NCBI GenBank assembly: GCA_965262115.1
Contig: OZ253496.1
Span: 1,835,054-1,899,053, forward strand
DNA length: 64,000 nt
Reading direction: 5' to 3'
Source: Nitrospinales bacterium
GTDB taxonomy: Bacteria > Nitrospinota > Nitrospinia > Nitrospinales > VA-1
Shown: positions 58,160 to 64,000 of the stretch, piece after piece
How positions within the stretch are numbered: the stretch's first letter is position 1
How the letters are laid out: every line of letters starts with the position of its first letter
The notes under the pieces: model-generated
Seen by the model: the letters and a program-made list of their open reading frames with translations, nothing else
The model's database searches: none
What the model was told of the DNA's origin: nothing
Made by a program: the position numbers and the translations under genes

Positions 58160-58859
58160 ATGAAAACCCTTAGTATCATCCGCACACTCTTTTTTACATC
58201 CACTACTTGGGCTCAGGATGGCGATGGCGCCCAGCAGCGAAAACTGCTGCGAACCGGACAACTGGTTCTGGAAGAAATTCAGAATTCCCCCGACCAGAAA
58301 ATTCCCACCGGGTTGATCGCCAAGGCCAAGGCCATTATTGTCTTTCCCACTATGTTGAAAGCGGGATTTTTTGTCGGCGCACGATACGGCAAAGGGTTTG
58401 CCTCGGTACGCGCCAAGGAATCTGGTGAATGGGGCGCTCCGGCTTTTCTTTATACCGTCGGCGGCAGTTTCGGTTTTCAATTTGGTGCAGAAGCGGTAGA
58501 CCTGATCCTGCTCGTTATGACGCAAAGGGGATTGGAAGGACTGCTCAGCGAAAAGTTCACGTTGGGCGGAGACATCGCCCTGGTGGTGGGACCCGTGGGC
58601 CGCCATGCAGAAGCGGCGGTAGATGTCTTCATGCAGGGAGAAATCTATTCCTATTCCAGAGCCAAGGGCATTTTTGGGGGGGATTTCCGTGAAAGGCACC
58701 GTCATCACCTCAGACGTCGATGCCAACCAAGCTTATTATGGAAAACCCCTAACCGCAGAGAACATTCTGCTTTCCAATCAGGCCGGGGAAATTCCTGAAT
58801 CTGGAAAACAATTCATAAAAATATTCAACCATCTGGCTCCCTACAAAAAAGGAAAGTAG
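58160..58859 (+). pseudogene. SYLF/Ysc84 (DUF500) lipid-binding domain protein, frameshifted in a G7 run
   Basis: ORF 58109-58798 carries ...GGSFGFQFGAE...LGGDIALVVGPVGR...YSYSRAKGIFGG. The frame then breaks at GGGGGGG (58676-58682). ORF 58623-58859 continues with ISVKGTVITSDVDANQAYYG. Removing one G restores ..GIFGGISVKG... Confidence 0.8.
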
Positions 58860-58895
58860 CAGTGCTACACTCCATCTGATTCCGGCGAACCAAAA

Positions 58896-59108
58896 CTACA
58901 GAAGTTTTTTGAACTCGGCCAAGGTCAGTCCCGCTTGGCGAACGATTGCCCTCAGGGTGCCTTTTGCCATTTCTTTATGATTAGGGATGGTTAACCTTCG
59001 GTGAGGCGGATCGGGTTTTCTCAGGATAAGATGGTGATCCAGCACATAACCCAGTTTCTGGAAAGCCTTACAGGCTTCTTTTCCGGAAAGAACGGGAAAT
59101 TGACTCAA
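58896..59108 (-). CDS. hicA: HicA-family toxin
   Basis: LSGKEACKAFQKLGYVLDHHLILRK.....RLTIPNHKEMAKGTLRAIVRQAGL. The usual ..kGSH.. loop looks shortened. Confidence 0.75.
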   Translation of the reverse strand: MSQFPVLSGKEACKAFQKLGYVLDHHLILRKPDPPHRRLTIPNHKEMAKGTLRAIVRQAGLTLAEFKKLL

Positions 59109-59326
59109 ATGGGAATCTCAACAATTTCTTCTTCAATAGACGGGGGAATCGGTTCATCGTGTTGCTTTAAACTTTCCAGATAACCCTTGACGGCATCCTG
59201 AATGTTTTCTAAGGCCTTGGAACGGGTCACTCCCTGCGAAACACAACCCGGCAAAGACGGGCATTCCGCTACAAACACACCCTCTTCATCTTTTTCGATT
59301 AGAATTCTGAACTTCATGACGACCAA
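59105..59326 (-). CDS. hicB: HicB-family antitoxin (UPF0150 fold)
   Basis: KFRILIEKDEEGVFVAECPSLPGCVSQGVTRSKALENIQDAVKGYLE; 4-nt overlap with hicA. Confidence 0.8.
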   Translation of the reverse strand: MVVMKFRILIEKDEEGVFVAECPSLPGCVSQGVTRSKALENIQDAVKGYLESLKQHDEPIPPSIEEEIVEIPI

Positions 59327-59365
59327 TATTTAAAAAGGGATCGCTAAACTATAGGTAAATTCTAA

Positions 59366-59533
59366 TCAACCAGTCCTTTAAAATCAACTGCAACCTTTGT
59401 CGCTATCTCCCGAAACACGGTCGACTGCATCATCGCCGCGATCTGCATCGAAAACAAACAGACGCTTCTACACCACGATAACGATTTTGACAAGATAGAA
59501 CCCTGCACGGCTTTGAAGTGTTTTCAGGGGTGA
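59366..59533 (+). pseudogene. PIN-domain (VapC-like) toxin, C-terminal remnant
   Basis: My translation is ...VDCIIAAICIENKQTLLHHDNDFDKIEPCTALKCFQG stop, which matches the D.LIAA.A.....LL..D.DF..I end of PIN toxins. There is no start codon, and a stop lies immediately upstream. Confidence 0.6.
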
Positions 59534-59571
59534 TCCCTGCTAGAGACCAACTTACCCCATATCGAATTACA

Positions 59572-59837
59572 CTAAAAATTATTTGTTTTTTTATTAAGCA
59601 AGTCAGAGAAACCATATTTACAAATAAAAGCCGACAACAGTTTACGCTCCTGAAATAACAATTCTTGCTTACTTATATCTTTAACGGGAAATGCGCTTAC
59701 ATAAAGGTCTTCTCTTGAATCTCCATACTTTTCCTTATACGACTTCCCCCCAATATGGTTCCCACTATAACTATAACCGGGCTTTTGCTGAAAAGCCGCA
59801 CGGTCAAAATTCCCCCATCTTCGCTTTAGATACGAAG
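59572..59837 (-). pseudogene. Unknown gene, 5'-truncated by the IS3 insertion
   Basis: The N-terminal 48 codons of tracked ORF 59572-59982 are the antisense of the IS3 left end. Only the last 88 codons are host sequence (..RRWGNFDRAAFQQKPGYSYSG...). AT-rich. Confidence 0.5.
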
Positions 59838-59902
59838 TGATCTTCCCCTGAATTGGTGGACACATCGAAAAGTGTGGATAATACACTTTTGGAGGTGTTT
59901 TT

Positions 59903-60179
59903 ATGGGAACCAAACGCAGGAGTTTCAGTAAAGAATTCAAGTTAGAAGCGGTTCGATTGGTTATTGAAGTAGGCGATAGCATTGCCCGGGTGTCCCGGGA
60001 TCTGGGAATCCGTTCTGCCCTTCTGGGTCGCTGGAAACAGGAGTATGAGGAGGATCAGGGGAATGCGTTTCCCGGCAAAGGACAGCTTAAGCCGGGAGAT
60101 GAGTTGCAGCAGTTGCGGCGAGAAAACGCTCGCCTTCGTATGGAGCGGGACATATTAAAAAAGGCGGCAGTTATCTTTG
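59903..60179 (+). pseudogene. IS3 orfA (HTH), 3' end displaced by the insertion
   Basis: MGTKRRSFSKEFKLEAVRLV...LRRENARLRMERDILKKAAVIF, then foreign sequence. The native end (..AKGSQ stop) resumes at 61430. Confidence 0.85.
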
Positions 60180-60248
60180 TGATGGCCTCTTCATTAATCT
60201 TTATGCCCGGCACGGGTACTTCATGCCCCGAAGCAACTGTGTTAAATG

Positions 60249-61420
<1,172 letters not shown>

Positions 61421-61429
61421 AGGGGTACT

Positions 61430-62306
61430 CGAAGGGTTCCCAATGAGATATCGGTTTATACGGGATCATCGAGAAGCATTTCCGGTAAGCCCGATGTGCC
61501 GGGTTCTGGAAGTGGGACGAAGTGGGTTCTATGCCTGGCTGAGCCGCCCCGAGAGCCTGAGGAGCCGTGAGAAGCAGCGATGGGTTGATGAGATCAAAAC
61601 CGTTTATAAGAAGAGTCGCCAGACTTATGGCAGTCCCAGAATTCATGAGGACTTGAAAGACAAGGGATATGCCATTGGCAGGCATCGTATTGCCTGTCTT
61701 ATGCGCGAGCATGGAATCGTTGCCAAGCACAAAAGAAAGTTCAGGGTGACAACCGATTCCAAACATAATCACCCGGTGGCAAAAAACAAACTGCAACGGC
61801 GGTTTAATGTTGCTGAGCCCGGTCAATGCTGGGTTTCGGATATCACCTATATCCCGACTCAAGAGGGCTGGTTATACCTTGTGGTGACGCTGGATTTATT
61901 CCACCGTAAAGTTATTGGTTGGGCCATGGATCGTTGGATAACCCGTTGGTTGGTAATGAGAGCTTTAAATATGGCAATGAAGAACGGCGGCATGAAACCG
62001 GGATTGATTCACCATTCTGACCGGGGGGTTCAATATGCCTGCAACGATTTTCAAGCCTTGCTCAATGTTCATGGGATAGAGTGCAGTATGAGCCGGAAGG
62101 GCGATTGCTGGGATAACGCCGTGGCGGAGAGTTTTTTCCATACTCTCAAAGTGGAACTCATTCATAACCGGAACTACAAAACCCGTCAGCAAGCAAAGAA
62201 GGATATTTTTGAATATATCGAAGTGTTTTATAATCGGCAACGCCGTCACTAATATCTCGGCTATCTCAGCCCTGCCGAATTCGAGAAACAGGCCTATGCC
62301 TCTTAA
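61430..62306 (+). pseudogene. IS3 orfB (DDE integrase) with a premature stop 17 codons before the native end
   Basis: [23 protein letters not shown]...WVSDITYI...HSDRGVQY...[12 protein letters not shown] at 62250-62252 interrupts ..NRQRRH*YLGYLSPAEFE. Confidence 0.85.
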
Positions 62307-62364
62307 CTAACTGTCCACTAAAACAGGGGAAGTTCAGAGTTTAGGTTTCGGCGGTCGCGTGCGT

Positions 62365-62403
62365 GTGATATTCCCAACATTAACTTCATGCCCTGAAAGG
62401 GTA
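62365..62403 (+). repeat. Full F1 REP unit abutting the IS3 right end
   Basis: GTGATATTCCCAACATTAA-CTTCATGCCCTGAAAGGGTA. Confidence 0.85.
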
Positions 62404-62447
62404 TCTCCGCCCCATTGCCACCGCCGCGCTGGCCCTGCGCCGAGCAG

Positions 62448-64000
62448 TTAGACCATGCCGATGGCGGTGTGTTGCATTTGCTGGCGTTGTTCTTCGGTGA
62501 CTTCTAACTGAGGAAGGTGGTTGGACCCGTATTTATCGATATACAGGAAGATGTATTCACGGACACAGGTTCTTAGATCCCATTTCGTGTTGTGCTTGCG
62601 CTCGAACTCATCGAACACATTCAGCGCATCTTGAATGCTGAGTCCATCTTTGGTGGTGAAGTAGTAGTCGAGTGCCAGATCCCATTCTGGATTTTTGTAA
62701 AAAGTGATACCGTATTTTTCCGGCTCAAACGCGACAGGACTGTATTTACCCAGCACGAAGGTCATGAATCCGAGTGAGTGGATGTGGGCCGAGTTTTTCT
62801 CGACGAAGGCTTTACTGTCGTCGGCTTCTTTTTCGGTTTCACCGGGAAAACCGAAGAATCCCATCAAATGATTCCAGATTCCCGCTTCGGACGACATACG
62901 GAGATTAGTTTCGATGGCATCGAGCTTGGTCGCTTTATCCATGAGTTTAAGGACTCGTTGATTGCCCGACTCGTAACCGAAATGCAGATATTTGCAACCC
63001 GATTCGGCGACATCCTGCCAGACTTGTTCATCCAATAGGGATTCTTCAAAGCGCATATGCGTGGTCCAGGCAATATCGAGTTTATCGTCGATCAAGCGGC
63101 GCGAAAGTTTCTGGAACAGTGCCGGGGGATAGGACTCATCGGTGAAATGGAAAAACCGGGTGCCGTATTTTTCTTTGAGGTGCTTGATTTCATCGGTGAT
63201 CTGGTCGACCTGCTTGGTGCGGAACCCTTCAACGTAACCTTGAAAATGGTCGCAGAAAGTGCAACGCCCCCAATAACACCCCCTTGTCGCGAGGTAGGGC
63301 AGGATGAGATGCGGCACGAAATATTTTCCCAGCGGTAAACCATCAAAGTCCGGGGGCGGCAACTCGGCCAAGTTTTCGGCACAGACTTCTTTGTTCGTGT
63401 GAATGCCACTATCGTCTTTGTAGATCAGGTTGGGGAGCTGGGAAAAATCGCCGCTCTCTTTCACCGTTTCGGTCAGTTTCAGATAAGCCGACTCGCCTTC
63501 ATAAACCACCGCCGTGTCGAACCATTCCCATAGCCCTTGCATTTCCGGCAGGGTGTCGCGGATGCGGGTGATGATGTTTCCGCCCAGGGTGATATGCGTT
63601 CCGGGAAACTCTTCCTTGATCATTTTACAGAAGGTGAAGGTGGCGATGAGTTGTTTCTGTTGCACCACTGAGATGCCGACCATTGCCGGACGCTCGCGTT
63701 CCATCACCGGACGGACCAGCATGCGATAAACGTCACGGTAAATATTGATCTGGTCGTCATCAATCGCTTCCAGAATTTCTGAGGACATGAACGGTTTGTA
63801 AACGATGTCGGTCTCGATGGGTGGAAAACAGATTTGCGCCGGATAATAACCGAGCGAAACCACTGCCATAACCTGATGCAGGCAATTCGTCGCCCACTCC
63901 AACTGGTCGATATCGTAAAACGCTTTGCCGCGCAGGATTCCCTTGGCCCTTTCGACATCCGTGGAAAATTGTTGAAACAGTTCCGGGGTGCAGGTGATGA
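62448..64000 (-). CDS. B12-binding-domain radical SAM protein (5' end beyond the window)
   Basis: N-terminal cobalamin-binding-like region and a radical SAM core with RGCYWGRCTFCDH. The frame stays open upstream of the tracked TTG (63902) to the window edge (..TCTPELFQQFSTDVERAKGILRGKAFYDIDQLEW). Confidence 0.85.
   Translation of the reverse strand, partial: ITCTPELFQQFSTDVERAKGILRGKAFYDIDQLEWATNCLHQVMAVVSLGYYPAQICFPPIETDIVYKPFMSSEILEAIDDDQINIYRDVYRMLVRPVMERERPAMVGISVVQQKQLIATFTFCKMIKEEFPGTHITLGGNIITRIRDTLPEMQGLWEWFDTAVVYEGESAYLKLTETVKESGDFSQLPNLIYKDDSGIHTNKEVCAENLAELPPPDFDGLPLGKYFVPHLILPYLATRGCYWGRCTFCDHFQGYVEGFRTKQVDQITDEIKHLKEKYGTRFFHFTDESYPPALFQKLSRRLIDDKLDIAWTTHMRFEESLLDEQVWQDVAESGCKYLHFGYESGNQRVLKLMDKATKLDAIETNLRMSSEAGIWNHLMGFFGFPGETEKEADDSKAFVEKNSAHIHSLGFMTFVLGKYSPVAFEPEKYGITFYKNPEWDLALDYYFTTKDGLSIQDALNVFDEFERKHNTKWDLRTCVREYIFLYIDKYGSNHLPQLEVTEEQRQQMQHTAIGMV

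Overview
Densely coding 64-kb chromosomal window from a Gram-negative-type bacterium. The lineage cannot be fixed from the window; a UBact-type Pup, a monomeric IDH and the cmk-rpsA-sppA-ihfB synteny fit Nitrospinota/Nitrospirota-like organisms (inference). Core genes include mdh, icd, fumC, glnD, pheA-tyrA-cmk-rpsA-sppA-ihfB-aroC, nadA, rpoH, lexA-dinB, arsC, dinG, an RND exporter and MlaC. The main system is a complete Pup/UBact-proteasome operon on the minus strand (46412-53187): mpa-dop-prcA-[58-aa modifier ORF missing from the ORF track]-prcB-pafA-HIT. The accessory layer is unusually rich. (1) Two IS110-family copies lie in inverted orientation at the window edges. The complete copy sits inside a REP-like hairpin, which itself sits inside an IS3 element. 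Its 5' non-coding end folds on paper into a bridge-RNA-like structure whose loops match the REP target and the IS ends. (2) Several families of short hairpin repeats and MITEs fill almost every intergenic gap. One CTAG-containing family supplies the stop codon or C-terminal tail of at least 9 genes. (3) There are small toxin/defence islets (Fic with a phased TAGCC array, HEPN + HigBA, HicBA + PIN remnant) and several decayed genes: a histidine kinase, an IS1595 remnant, a response regulator, a frameshifted paralog and a SYLF gene broken in a G7 run. No rRNA, tRNA or CRISPR array was seen. All homology calls rest on motif recognition by eye; no searches were run.
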